This document shows positions 8,692 to 17,820 of a stretch of 64,000 nt of DNA, in pieces. The notes under the pieces are model-generated. The model saw only the letters and a program-made list of their open reading frames with translations, did no database searches and was not told the DNA's origin. This DNA is from Candidatus Parcubacteria bacterium (GTDB taxonomy: Bacteria > Patescibacteriota > Patescibacteriia > Patescibacteriales > UBA12465): assembly GCA_023444045.1 (NCBI GenBank), contig JAEZRQ010000005.1, positions 37,726-101,725 on the forward strand. Direction: 5' to 3'. Made by a program: the position numbers and the translations under genes. Each line of letters begins with the position of its first letter. Within the stretch, counting starts at the first letter, position 1.

Positions 8692-11190
8692 ATGGAAGAT
8701 AAAATAATTATTAAGGGTGCTAAGATGCACAACTTAAAGAATATAAATTTAGAAATACCTCATAATACTTTAACAGTTATAACTGGTGTTTCAGGTAGTG
8801 GTAAATCATCACTGGCTTTTGATACTATTTTTGCCGAAGGACAGCGCCAATATGTAGAATCCTTATCACCTTACATGAGGCAATTTTTAGGACAGAAGAA
8901 ACCGGCTGAGGTAGATGAAATAATTGGCTTAGCTCCAGCAATTTCTATTGATCAAAAAGCCTTATCTCACAATCCCCGTTCAACCGTGGGAACGCTAACT
9001 GAAATTCATGATTATCTAAGAATTTTATACGCTAGAGTTGGTGAAGTATTTTGTCCGCATTGTGGCACTAAAATTGAAAAGTTAACCCTGGAAGAAATGG
9101 TAGATATTATTATTTCTAGAGCTAAAGAACTTAAAGAGGAGTATGTAGAAATTTTAAGCCCGGTAGTACGTGATCGTAAAGGAGAATATTATCAATTATT
9201 ATATAACTATTTAAACCAAGGTTATAGTGAGGCTCGGGTTGATGGAGTTCCTCATTCTCTACGTAATCAAATAAAATTAGCTGCTACTAAAAAACACAGT
9301 ATTGAAATTGTAATTGATAAAGTGATAATTAGTGATGAAACCCGTCTATTTGAAGCGATTGAAAATTCCTTAGCCTATGCCGGGGGACTAGTAATTGCCA
9401 AATTTTCTGGACAAGAATTCTTATTATCTTCTAATTGGACCTGCCCGAATGATAATTTTGCTTTTCCAGAAGTTGAGCCGCGCCTCTTTTCCTTTAATTC
9501 ACCCCATGGTGCCTGTCCTCAATGTACTGGACTCGGGAAGATTGGCTTTTTTTCGGAAAAAGAATGTCCTGATTGCCAGGGAAAAAGATTGCGCCCTGAG
9601 GCTTTGTCAGTCAAAGTTTATGGTAAAAATTTAGCCGAAGTTAGCTCTTTGTCACTTGATAATTTAAAAGATTTTTTCTGGAAGTATTATCAGAAGATGA
9701 CTAAACGTGAACTTACTATCGCTGAAAATGTGATGGCGCAAATTCTTAACCGTTTAGAATTTTTAAATAAGGTCGGATTAAATTATCTATCACTAGACCG
9801 TGAAGCGGAAACTCTTTCCGGTGGTGAAGCGCAGAGAATTAGGCTTTCATCTCAAATCGGTTCGCAGCTGTCTAGAACACTATATGTTTTAGATGAGCCG
9901 ACTATCGGTTTACATGAGCGAGATACAGATAGATTAATTGAAACCCTTAAAACCTTACGAGATAAGAATAACACTGTCATTATTGTGGAACACGATGAGC
10001 GAACTATTCTAGCTTCTGATTATTTAGTTGATATGGGACCACTAGCCGGAGTCCACGGCGGACAAGTGATGGCAGCTGACTACACTGAAAAATTGTTAGA
10101 GAGTAAAAAAGAAAACTCTTTAACGGTAGATTATTTAACTGGAGTCCGTGAAATTGCTATTCCTGAAAAACGCCGCGTTAAAAATAGTGGTTCTTTAAAG
10201 ATTCTAGGCGCTAGAGCTAATAATCTCAAAAACTTAAAAGTAGAAATTCCTTTGGGTCGCTTAGTTGGTATTAGTGGCGTTTCTGGGTCTGGTAAATCAT
10301 CGCTGCTTTATGAAGTGCTTTACAAAAATATTAATAAGATTAAAGCTCGTCCGGGAAAAGCTAAACTAGAAGACGTGACTGAACTTAAAGGGGTGGAATA
10401 TATTAATAAAGTGGTAGTTATTGATCAATCGCCTATTGGCCGCTCACCAAGATCTAATCCCGCTACCTACACTGGTTTTTTTAGTTATATCAGAGACTTC
10501 TTTGCCGAACTACCAGAATCAAAAGAAAGAGGATACACCAAATCAAGGTTTTCCTTTAATCGTCCTGGCGGACGCTGCGAAGCTTGTCAGGGGGCAGGAT
10601 TTAATTTGATTGAGATGCATTTTTTACCCGCAATTTCTGTTGAATGCGAGGTATGTCATGGGCAGAGATTCAACCGTGAAACTCTGCAGGTAAAATATAA
10701 GGGGAAAAATATTGCTGAGGTTTTAGATATGACTATTGATGAGGCAATTGAACTTTTTGAGGGCAATTATTATATTACTGATAAGCTGCAAGTACTTACT
10801 GCCGTTGGCCTTGGTTATATTAAGCTTGGTCAGTCATCAACCACACTTTCTGGCGGTGAAGCACAGAGAGTAAAGATTGCCAAAGAATTAACTGGCACCC
10901 TTGGTAAAAAAACCTTATATCTATTAGATGAACCAACCACTGGTCTCCATTATCGCGATATTGAGATGTTGCTGGTCGTGCTTAATAAATTAGTTGATCG
11001 CGGAAATTCCGTTTTAATCATTGAACATAATCTTCACATGCTTAAATCAATGGATTATATAATTGATATGGGCCCAGAGGGCGGGGACAAGGGGGGTAAG
11101 GTACTAGCTGTTGGTGAGCCAGAGGATATTATTAGAAATGAAAAAAGTATCACCGGAAAATATTTAAAAGAATATTTAAAAAAGGACTAA
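8692..11190 (+). CDS. uvrA: Excinuclease ABC subunit A (compact, 832 aa)
   Basis: Two GVSGSGKSS Walker A motifs, two LSGGEAQR signatures, and zinc-module cysteines (CPHCG, CPQC..CPDC, CEAC..CEVC). Confidence 0.95.
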   Translation: MEDKIIIKGAKMHNLKNINLEIPHNTLTVITGVSGSGKSSLAFDTIFAEGQRQYVESLSPYMRQFLGQKKPAEVDEIIGLAPAISIDQKALSHNPRSTVGTLTEIHDYLRILYARVGEVFCPHCGTKIEKLTLEEMVDIIISRAKELKEEYVEILSPVVRDRKGEYYQLLYNYLNQGYSEARVDGVPHSLRNQIKLAATKKHSIEIVIDKVIISDETRLFEAIENSLAYAGGLVIAKFSGQEFLLSSNWTCPNDNFAFPEVEPRLFSFNSPHGACPQCTGLGKIGFFSEKECPDCQGKRLRPEALSVKVYGKNLAEVSSLSLDNLKDFFWKYYQKMTKRELTIAENVMAQILNRLEFLNKVGLNYLSLDREAETLSGGEAQRIRLSSQIGSQLSRTLYVLDEPTIGLHERDTDRLIETLKTLRDKNNTVIIVEHDERTILASDYLVDMGPLAGVHGGQVMAADYTEKLLESKKENSLTVDYLTGVREIAIPEKRRVKNSGSLKILGARANNLKNLKVEIPLGRLVGISGVSGSGKSSLLYEVLYKNINKIKARPGKAKLEDVTELKGVEYINKVVVIDQSPIGRSPRSNPATYTGFFSYIRDFFAELPESKERGYTKSRFSFNRPGGRCEACQGAGFNLIEMHFLPAISVECEVCHGQRFNRETLQVKYKGKNIAEVLDMTIDEAIELFEGNYYITDKLQVLTAVGLGYIKLGQSSTTLSGGEAQRVKIAKELTGTLGKKTLYLLDEPTTGLHYRDIEMLLVVLNKLVDRGNSVLIIEHNLHMLKSMDYIIDMGPEGGDKGGKVLAVGEPEDIIRNEKSITGKYLKEYLKKD

Positions 11191-11289
11191 AGTGCTCGCG
11201 CAGTTTAGTCCTTTGAGTGCACCCTTGTGGTGCTTATGATAAATCCTTTTTATGACAAAGCTCATTTAGTATAACAGATATTATTTTCT

Positions 11290-12453
11290 ATGTCAAATAT
11301 TTCTGCTTTAAAAGAAATAGCTAAAAAAGCGCCCATTAAGCCAGGGGTTTATTTTTGGCTAGATAAAAACAAAAAAATCTTATATGTTGGCCGAGCTAGT
11401 GTTTTAAAAAATCGCTTATCACAGTACTTTCTAAAAAATATTAATTCTAAAACAAGAGAGATGGTTTCTCTAGCCACTGATTTAGAGTATCTAGTCTGCG
11501 ACACACTGCTTGAAAGTATTGTCTTAGAAGCTAAATACATTAAACAATATTGGCCTAAATATAATATTGTAGACCGAGACGACCGTTCTTTTCTTTACCT
11601 AATTATCACAAATTCCGACTACCCAAGACCATTAATTGTACGCGGCCAAGATTTAAAAAAATTTCCTCAAAAAAAGACAAAGGTGTTCGGACCTTATCAA
11701 TCAAGAACCTTACTAGAAAATGCTTTAAGACTTATTAGAAGAATTTTTCCCTGGAGCAACTGCCAAGCAAATAGTGGTCGCGCTTGTTTTGATTATCAGA
11801 TTGGATTATGCCCAGGAACGTGTTTAGGTAAAATAAAAGCAAAAGACTACCAAAAAAATATTAAAAATTTAGAATTATTATTAAAAGGAGAAAAGAAAAA
11901 ATTAATTACCAAATTAAAAAAAGAAAATCCAGGGCAGCTCAAAGCCTTAAAACAATTGCAAGACGTTTCTTTGCTTACTAAAGAAAAAGACTTAAAAGAA
12001 GAGAATCTGCACAGAATAGAAACTTATGATATATCGCACTTTGGCGGCAAGGAAAGCTATGGTTCTATGGTAGTATTTGAGAATGGGGAAGCCCAAAAAA
12101 ATGAATACCGCCTTTTTAAAATCAAAGAAGCACCACCCGGAGACGACGAAAGGGCTTTAAAAGAGGTACTTTTACGTCGCCTTAAACATCAAGAATGGTT
12201 AAAACCAGATTTAATTGTTATTGATGGTGGCAGGCCACAAATTTCTTTTATTAAGAAAGAGTTTAGTAGAAATAATATTGATATTTTAATTGTTGGCATC
12301 TCTAAACTCGGAGGGGATAAACTAGTTTTTACTCAGGGCACAAGTAAGGAGTTTAAAGAAATAATTAAAAGCCTTAAAGGCACTCTCTTAAAATCTCGCG
12401 AAGAAGCCCACCGCTTTGCTAATTATGGACGAAAGCGGGGAACTAAACTATAA
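11290..12453 (+). CDS. uvrC: Excinuclease ABC subunit C, short form (GIY-YIG plus endonuclease domain, no C-terminal HhH region)
   Basis: 387 aa. GIY-YIG (GVYFWLDKNKKILYVGRA), Cys cluster CFDYQIGLCPGTC, and C-terminal endonuclease core RIETYDISHFGG...IDGGRPQ. Ends at EEAHRFANYGRKRGTKL. Confidence 0.85.
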   Translation: MSNISALKEIAKKAPIKPGVYFWLDKNKKILYVGRASVLKNRLSQYFLKNINSKTREMVSLATDLEYLVCDTLLESIVLEAKYIKQYWPKYNIVDRDDRSFLYLIITNSDYPRPLIVRGQDLKKFPQKKTKVFGPYQSRTLLENALRLIRRIFPWSNCQANSGRACFDYQIGLCPGTCLGKIKAKDYQKNIKNLELLLKGEKKKLITKLKKENPGQLKALKQLQDVSLLTKEKDLKEENLHRIETYDISHFGGKESYGSMVVFENGEAQKNEYRLFKIKEAPPGDDERALKEVLLRRLKHQEWLKPDLIVIDGGRPQISFIKKEFSRNNIDILIVGISKLGGDKLVFTQGTSKEFKEIIKSLKGTLLKSREEAHRFANYGRKRGTKL

Positions 12454-12480
12454 TAAGTATATATAATAATTTAAAAAAAT

Positions 12481-13218
12481 ATGAAAAAATCAAAATTAAT
12501 TCTCGGCACCCTTTTAATTCTCGCCACCAGTGCTGTGGCCATCGTGGCAGTTGTCATGTCGCTTAAATCAAATAACGAAGACCGTTTCTCAGTTAACGGC
12601 TCCGGTACCGTTTATGCTAAGGCAGATATTGCTAATATTAATGTTGGTCTTAAGACTAACACTAAAAAGACTGCCGCTGAAGCGACTAAGGACAGTACTG
12701 ATAAAATGAATAATATCATTTCGGAATTAACTAATCTGGGAATTGAAGAAAAAGATATTAAAACTTCTGGCTATAACCTAAGCCCGGTTTACAACTGGAC
12801 CAATGACAGAGGACAAGAGTTAATTGGTTACGAAGTAACCCAAACTCTAACCCTAAAAATTAGAGACCTTAGTAAAATCGGTGAAGTAATTGCTAAAACC
12901 ACCGAGCAAGGCGCAAATCAAATCGGCAACATTAGTTTTACCATTGATGATGAATATGAACTAAGAAATCAAGCTCGTGAGTTAGCTATTACTAAAGCTA
13001 AAGAAAAGGCTCAGTTAATCGCCGAGCAATCTGGTATGGAATTAGGTAAGATTAAAAGTGTTTATGAGAATGCTTCACCGGTTGTCAGCCCAGTAGCTTA
13101 TTCAAATGCTAAAGTAATGCTAGAGTCTGCTATGGACCAGGCACTAACCGCACCAGAAATCCAATCCGGTCAAAATGAAGTTAAAGTCGAGGTCACCTTG
13201 GTTTACGAAGTAAAATAA
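12481..13218 (+). CDS. SIMPL/DUF541-family exported protein
   Basis: 245 aa. N-terminal TM/signal. GYEVTQTLTLKIRDLSKIGEVI and NQARELAITKAKEKAQLIAE resemble SIMPL (26-kDa periplasmic immunogenic protein) family patterns. Confidence 0.7.
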   Translation: MKKSKLILGTLLILATSAVAIVAVVMSLKSNNEDRFSVNGSGTVYAKADIANINVGLKTNTKKTAAEATKDSTDKMNNIISELTNLGIEEKDIKTSGYNLSPVYNWTNDRGQELIGYEVTQTLTLKIRDLSKIGEVIAKTTEQGANQIGNISFTIDDEYELRNQARELAITKAKEKAQLIAEQSGMELGKIKSVYENASPVVSPVAYSNAKVMLESAMDQALTAPEIQSGQNEVKVEVTLVYEVK

Positions 13219-13228
13219 TAAATAAACC

Positions 13229-13261
13229 CCATTAAGCCCCGCCGGAGGCGGGGCTTAATGG
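13229..13261 (+). terminator. Very strong hairpin after the SIMPL gene (no clear U-tract)
   Basis: Perfect 15-bp stem CCATTAAGCCCCGCC-GGA-GGCGGGGCTTAATGG. It abuts the -35 box of the rplJ promoter. Confidence 0.5.
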
Positions 13262-13264
13262 CTC

Positions 13265-13293
13265 TTGACACCTTTTTAAATATCCGCTAATAT
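13265..13293 (+). promoter_or_regulatory. Sigma70-type promoter of rplJ-rplL
   Basis: TTGACA (13265-13270), a 17-nt spacer, then TAATAT (13288-13293). Confidence 0.65.
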
Positions 13294-13299
13294 ACAAGT

Positions 13300-13428
13300 A
13301 ACTTAATAAGCCACAGACCGTAAGCAAACAAATAAGTCTTACCGAGGCAGAATCAACAATTTTTAATTGTCTTCTAAATCTGTGGTTAACACAGTTTTTT
13401 TATTTATAGCTAATTAATATAAAAAGTT
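13300..13428 (+). promoter_or_regulatory. Candidate L10 (rplJ) autoregulatory leader with attenuator hairpin
   Basis: About 130-nt untranslated leader. CCACAGA (13311-13317) can pair with TCTGTGG (13379-13385). That pairing is mutually exclusive with the short hairpin CTGTG/CACAG (13380-13394) followed by TTTTTTT (13395-13401). Confidence 0.45.
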
Positions 13429-13953
13429 ATGCCTAAAAGTAAGATCCAAAAACAAGAAATCTTGCGGAACTTAACTGAGAGGATTAAAAAATCCAAATCA
13501 ATTATTTTTACAGGATTTAATGCTTTAGGGGTAAAGGATAATGAAGCTTTACGCTCCAAATTACGTGCCGAAAACGGCGAGTACTATGTAGCCAAAAAAA
13601 CTTTATTAGAACGCGCTCTTAAAGAACAGGGGATTACTAATTTAGAGACAAAAACTCTTGATGGTAAGATTGCAGCTGTTTTCTCATATGGAGACGAAGT
13701 TGCTTCAGCTAAAGTAGTTGATATTTTCCGCAAAGATAAAGAAGATAAAATCTTCTTCTTGGGCGGTATTTTAGATGGTAATTTACTTTCTAAATCTGAA
13801 GTAGAATCTTTAGCTAAATTACCAAGCAAGCAAGAATTGTATGCTAAATTAGTTGGTTCCCTAAATGCACCTGTTTCCGGTTTTGTTAACGTTTTAGCCG
13901 GCAACTTACGTGGCCTTGTCACAGTGCTTAAAGCGATAGAAGAAAAAAAATAA
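13429..13953 (+). CDS. rplJ: 50S ribosomal protein L10
   Basis: 174 aa. Typical L10 N-terminus (KSKIQKQEIL...SIIFTGFNALGVKDNEALRSKLR) and position directly before rplL. Confidence 0.92.
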   Translation: MPKSKIQKQEILRNLTERIKKSKSIIFTGFNALGVKDNEALRSKLRAENGEYYVAKKTLLERALKEQGITNLETKTLDGKIAAVFSYGDEVASAKVVDIFRKDKEDKIFFLGGILDGNLLSKSEVESLAKLPSKQELYAKLVGSLNAPVSGFVNVLAGNLRGLVTVLKAIEEKK

Positions 13954-13978
13954 CTAATAAAAAATTAATTTTAAAATT

Positions 13979-14380
13979 ATGGAAGACAAAAAAGAAGTTG
14001 TAGTTCCTGAAAAATTTCAGGACTTAGTCAGCAAAATTGAAGCGATGAGCGTTCTTGATTTAGCTGAACTTGTAAAAATCTTAGAAGAAAAATTTGGTGT
14101 TTCTGCCGCTGCTCCAGCTATGATGATGGCTGCTGCTCCAGCTGCTGGAGGCGCTGAAGCTGAAGTAAAAGACAGCTTTGACATTGAATTAACCGACGGT
14201 GGTTCAAATAAAATTGCTGTTATTAAAGTAGTTCGCACTATTACTGAATTAGGCCTTAAAGAGGCTAAAGATTTAGTAGACGGCGCTCCAAAAGTTGTCA
14301 GAGAAGGCATCAAGAAAGAAGAAGCTGAAAAGATTAAGAAAGAATTAGAAGAAGCGGGTGCTAAAGTAACTTTAAAATAA
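13979..14380 (+). CDS. rplL: 50S ribosomal protein L7/L12
   Basis: 133 aa. Ala-rich hinge [20 protein letters not shown] and C-terminal [28 protein letters not shown]...EAGAKVTLK. Confidence 0.95.
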   Translation: MEDKKEVVVPEKFQDLVSKIEAMSVLDLAELVKILEEKFGVSAAAPAMMMAAAPAAGGAEAEVKDSFDIELTDGGSNKIAVIKVVRTITELGLKEAKDLVDGAPKVVREGIKKEEAEKIKKELEEAGAKVTLK

Positions 14381-14400
14381 GTTAACTACCAAATAAAAAA

Positions 14401-14430
14401 TACGGCTCATTTTCATGGGCCGTATTTTTT
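14401..14430 (+). terminator. Intrinsic terminator of rplJL
   Basis: TACGGC...GCCGTA stem followed by TTTTTT (14425-14430). Confidence 0.7.
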
Positions 14431-14441
14431 AATTTCTAATA

Positions 14442-14470
14442 TTGCCAAGAAGCTTTTTTTTATCTATACT
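14442..14470 (+). promoter_or_regulatory. Promoter of the small lipoprotein cassette
   Basis: TTGCCA (14442-14447), a 17-nt spacer, then TATACT (14465-14470). Confidence 0.55.
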
Positions 14471-14514
14471 ATTTTTGCCCTTGCGAACGTACGCAAGGGA
14501 GAAAATCCATTTTT

Positions 14515-14811
14515 ATGAAAAGCAATTGGAGTTCCGTCTTGGGACTAGCAGCGCTGCTGACGTTAGCAGGTTGCGAACGGGAGGTTCTTAAAGAACCAGA
14601 CCCGATCACTGTCGTTGTGACAGTGGAGTATCAAAATGGTAAGGTGATTCAGTTCATCTACCACGGTGAGCTAATCTGGCAATCAGAGTTAGCCAAGGAA
14701 ACGTCTTATCACCAGCAAGGTGATTTGACTTTCATTGACTACACTAATCTGAGTGGCCAGAAAAAGAGCTTACTGTTCCAAGACGGAGAAATGGTTAAGG
14801 TAACACCTTAA
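14515..14811 (+). CDS. Small lipoprotein (98 aa), hypothetical
   Basis: Signal peptide with lipobox LTLAG|C (MKSNWSSVLGLAALLTLAGCERE). Has its own promoter and terminator. Hand-counted lines give 45-57% GC against roughly 25-47% (mostly 35-42%) in housekeeping lines. Confidence 0.65.
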   Translation: MKSNWSSVLGLAALLTLAGCEREVLKEPDPITVVVTVEYQNGKVIQFIYHGELIWQSELAKETSYHQQGDLTFIDYTNLSGQKKSLLFQDGEMVKVTP

Positions 14812-14826
14812 CCAAAACTGGAAGAG

Positions 14827-14859
14827 GAGGGTAGTTAGCAAGTAACTACCCTCTTTATT
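14827..14859 (+). terminator. Intrinsic terminator of the lipoprotein cassette
   Basis: Perfect 11-bp stem GAGGGTAGTTA-GCAAG-TAACTACCCTC followed by TTTATTTT. Confidence 0.75.
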
Positions 14860-17142
14860 TTATAGTGATGTTTTAAATACAGCTGAGTCTGTTAGCAAAT
14901 AGATAGTCTTATTTGCTTCATCAACAGCAAAGTCTTTTACTCCTTCTTTTAGGAAACGATATTGTTTAATTAACCCACCATTTTTATTAAAATTAATTAA
15001 ACGGTTGTTATCTAAATCAAGTAGGTAAATATTATTTTGAGAAGTTATTATTTTGTTAGCTGAGATAGAAGGGTTGATGATATCTGTTTTAAAATTATCA
15101 TTTCTTCCAGCATTAAACTTTAAGACTTCACCGTTCTTCTGCGACAACATAATACTGACATCAATTTTAAAGTCAGAAACAGCTGATAGATTTGCGTCTT
15201 CCTTGAGCCATTTAACTGGAGAAGAGAAACGATTATAGCGATAAATCTGATTATCCTTCTTGTTTAATAAATAAAGATTATTATTATAGACTTGAATCAA
15301 GGTCTCGTCTTTAGATCTTTTCTCACCGATACTAACTTGAGACACTTCATCGTTTTTAAGAGTAATTATCTTATCACCAGCTAAATAATAAATACTGGAA
15401 TTATAAATAGAGGGCGAGCTTAAATAATCCGCTGAAACAGTTAACTCTTTTTTTGAAGAATCTTGAGTATTATAAATGTATATTTTTTGGCTGCTATCGC
15501 TAGCTAAATATAATTTATCGTTTAAAAAACTTAGATTATTAACCTTAACATCCTGCCCTAAAATACTAAAATGAAGCACTTCTTCAAAATTTTCCACCTT
15601 ACTTATTTTCTGAATACGATCACTTAAATCTGAGAGGGAATTGATAATGGACAATTTCTTTTCCTCTTGATCTTTGTTGCCGGCAACTGTTAAATTAATT
15701 AAATTAGTCGCATCGTTTAAAACTGATAAAGCAGCATTATCATTGTTATATAGTAGATAAGAATCAATCTGCGCTTTCTTGTCTTCAATAAGAGTGATGG
15801 TGTTATTAAATTCCTCCTCTATTTGCCGCTGTTTTTTAAATGAAGCTGTTGAAAAGATGGAAATAATTAAAATCAGGCAAGATATTACTAGTACTCCCGT
15901 AAGAAGGCGATCCCTTTTACCAAGCTTCTTAAACCAAATAGTCAGGCCACGATAAACACTAACCCAAAAACCAGGACTAAAAATTAGTATAATAGTTTTA
16001 AATAAATTAGCACTTTTAGCTAGAGAAAGTGGCTGTTTTTTCTTAAAGAAAATCTTTTCCTTAATCATAAAAGAGTCTCTTCTGGCTAAATCCGGTTTTT
16101 TGATATTTTTTGTTGGAATGGGTGGGGTGGTTATCAAATCCTCATCCTCATCATGAAATTTGAGAACTTTTTTCCGCTCTTTCTTTTTTGGTTTAAGGCT
16201 TGAGAAAAAAATAGCAATATCCTTGGCAATTTTTTTAAAACTAATAATTCCTGCCGGAGCAAGCATTTCTTCTGTCCTTTGCTCAGTATAATTTAGATGA
16301 TAAATGGAACTGTGAGCATTGCGACTGCTTAAGGAGTCGGTGATATCAGCGGCCAACCGATTTGTTGGGGTGGTCACTTCGCGATCTTCAGCAAACTCTT
16401 TCATAGCCACTCCTAAAGTACTTTTAATTACTACTCCTAAAAACGGAGCGTAGGAGTTTATTTTTTGTAAAATATTTTTTATTTGCTCAGCGGCTACCAT
16501 TGGCGGCAATTTAGTAATAATACCAACCAGCTCTTTATTGGATAGATATTCTGGTAATGCCTCGTTGGTAAATAAAAAATAAGAATAGGGAGGAATTTCG
16601 CCATTTATAACAGCTGAAAATATTTTAGTGCTAAAACCAGAATCAGGATCATCGTTATAGACTACAGCTTCTTCAGAGATATTAGATTCAATATTAATAA
16701 CTTCATAATCCCCCTTACGACGATAGATTAAAAAAGCCTTATTTTTTCCATAGTTTGAAAAATAAAGCTTATCTTCATGGACTACCCCTAAAGTTAGATT
16801 AGTATTTTCTGGTTCAATTCTTAGGTGCTCAGTTTCTAAAAAATCTAGAAAACCTTTATTAACCTTAGCTAATACACCCTCAAAAATATCTTCTATTCTA
16901 AGTCCCTCAACCTTATCTCTAAGCAAAATCTTTTCGTCGCCATAATAATTATAGTCAAAGAAATTGACTAAGAAATTAATTATTTTTTGAGTATCACTCT
17001 TCCTACCCTCAATTTCCGCCAGTACAAAAATTTTACCCGCCAAACGTTCTTTGTTGGCATCGGGCTGGGAAACAAAAACTTCTCCAGCATAATTATTATT
17101 TCTACCAGAATTAAGGATGATAGAGGCTATTTTATTATACAT
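14860..17142 (-). CDS. Large membrane protein: N-terminal PP2C-like (degenerate) region, TM segments, C-terminal repeat (beta-propeller-like) region
   Basis: 760 aa. LTLGVVHEDKLYFSNYGKNKAFLIYRR resembles the PP2C strand motif. Hydrophobic stretch LFKTIILIFSPGFWVSV...LLTGVLVISCLILIISIF. C-terminal recurring xxLYLLxxxxxxIYxYN units. Domain calls are by eye. Confidence 0.7.
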   Translation of the reverse strand: MYNKIASIILNSGRNNNYAGEVFVSQPDANKERLAGKIFVLAEIEGRKSDTQKIINFLVNFFDYNYYGDEKILLRDKVEGLRIEDIFEGVLAKVNKGFLDFLETEHLRIEPENTNLTLGVVHEDKLYFSNYGKNKAFLIYRRKGDYEVINIESNISEEAVVYNDDPDSGFSTKIFSAVINGEIPPYSYFLFTNEALPEYLSNKELVGIITKLPPMVAAEQIKNILQKINSYAPFLGVVIKSTLGVAMKEFAEDREVTTPTNRLAADITDSLSSRNAHSSIYHLNYTEQRTEEMLAPAGIISFKKIAKDIAIFFSSLKPKKKERKKVLKFHDEDEDLITTPPIPTKNIKKPDLARRDSFMIKEKIFFKKKQPLSLAKSANLFKTIILIFSPGFWVSVYRGLTIWFKKLGKRDRLLTGVLVISCLILIISIFSTASFKKQRQIEEEFNNTITLIEDKKAQIDSYLLYNNDNAALSVLNDATNLINLTVAGNKDQEEKKLSIINSLSDLSDRIQKISKVENFEEVLHFSILGQDVKVNNLSFLNDKLYLASDSSQKIYIYNTQDSSKKELTVSADYLSSPSIYNSSIYYLAGDKIITLKNDEVSQVSIGEKRSKDETLIQVYNNNLYLLNKKDNQIYRYNRFSSPVKWLKEDANLSAVSDFKIDVSIMLSQKNGEVLKFNAGRNDNFKTDIINPSISANKIITSQNNIYLLDLDNNRLINFNKNGGLIKQYRFLKEGVKDFAVDEANKTIYLLTDSAVFKTSL

Positions 17143-17190
17143 ATTACTCCAAAAAAGATAGGTTATGGCCTATTTTTTAAGCTTTTTAGT

Positions 17191-17219
17191 TTGACTGATT
17201 ACCTTTTATATTATACTAT
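17191..17219 (+). promoter_or_regulatory. Promoter of 17242..19662
   Basis: TTGACT (17191-17196), a 17-nt spacer, then TACTAT (17214-17219). Confidence 0.55.
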
Positions 17220-17241
17220 AAAGTTATAAATAGATAAAGCT

Positions 17242-17817
17242 ATGTTAAGTCAACTCCTAGGGTCAGAGGCCAGAACAAAAATTTTAAACATCTTCCTAAC
17301 TAAGCCAGAGGGAGAGTATTATTTACGTCAACTTGCCAGAGATCTTGACCTCCAGGTTAACTCTGTAAGACGGGAGCTTCTTAATTTGGAAAAAATGGGC
17401 TTAATTAAGCTAGTTTTATCTGAAAAAAAGACTAAAGAAAAAAAATACTATATTGTTAATCGTGATTTTATCCTCTTTAATGAGTTAAGAGCGCTTTTTA
17501 TTAAAGCGCAGTTATTATCGACTAAAGACTTTGTTGATAATGTACAAAAAATTTGCACTCCCAAGTTATTTGTTTTAACTGGCTTTTTTACCGGTAACAG
17601 TGATTCTAAAACCGACCTTCTACTTGTTGGCCGAATTAATCGCGAAAAATTTAATAAGTTAATTAAAGAACTTGAGGAATCTATTAATCGTGAAATTAAC
17701 TACACCATAATGGATGAGAGAGAATTTTTTTACCGTCGAGAAATATTTGATGTTTTTCTTCATAAAATTATGGATGGTAAAAAAATAACTGTTTTTGACA
17801 ATTTAAAAAATACATAA
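17242..17817 (+). CDS. Winged-helix (ArsR-like) DNA-binding protein with uncharacterised C-terminal domain
   Basis: 191 aa. N-terminal ARTKILNIFL...YYLRQLARDLDLQVNSVRRELLNLEKMGLI is wHTH-like. Confidence 0.7.
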   Translation: MLSQLLGSEARTKILNIFLTKPEGEYYLRQLARDLDLQVNSVRRELLNLEKMGLIKLVLSEKKTKEKKYYIVNRDFILFNELRALFIKAQLLSTKDFVDNVQKICTPKLFVLTGFFTGNSDSKTDLLLVGRINREKFNKLIKELEESINREINYTIMDEREFFYRREIFDVFLHKIMDGKKITVFDNLKNT

Positions 17818-17820
17818 ATT

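Noticed and set aside
9395-10609. Alternative-frame ORFs 9395..9634 and 10421..10609 inside uvrA
   Set aside because: They are on the same strand but out of frame with a highly conserved uvrA reading frame, so they are chance open frames.
13584-14313. Antisense ORFs 13584..13922 and 14017..14313 opposite rplJ and rplL
   Set aside because: They lie opposite highly conserved ribosomal protein genes. The Ala/Pro/Ser-rich translations are typical of antisense reading of GCN-rich codons.
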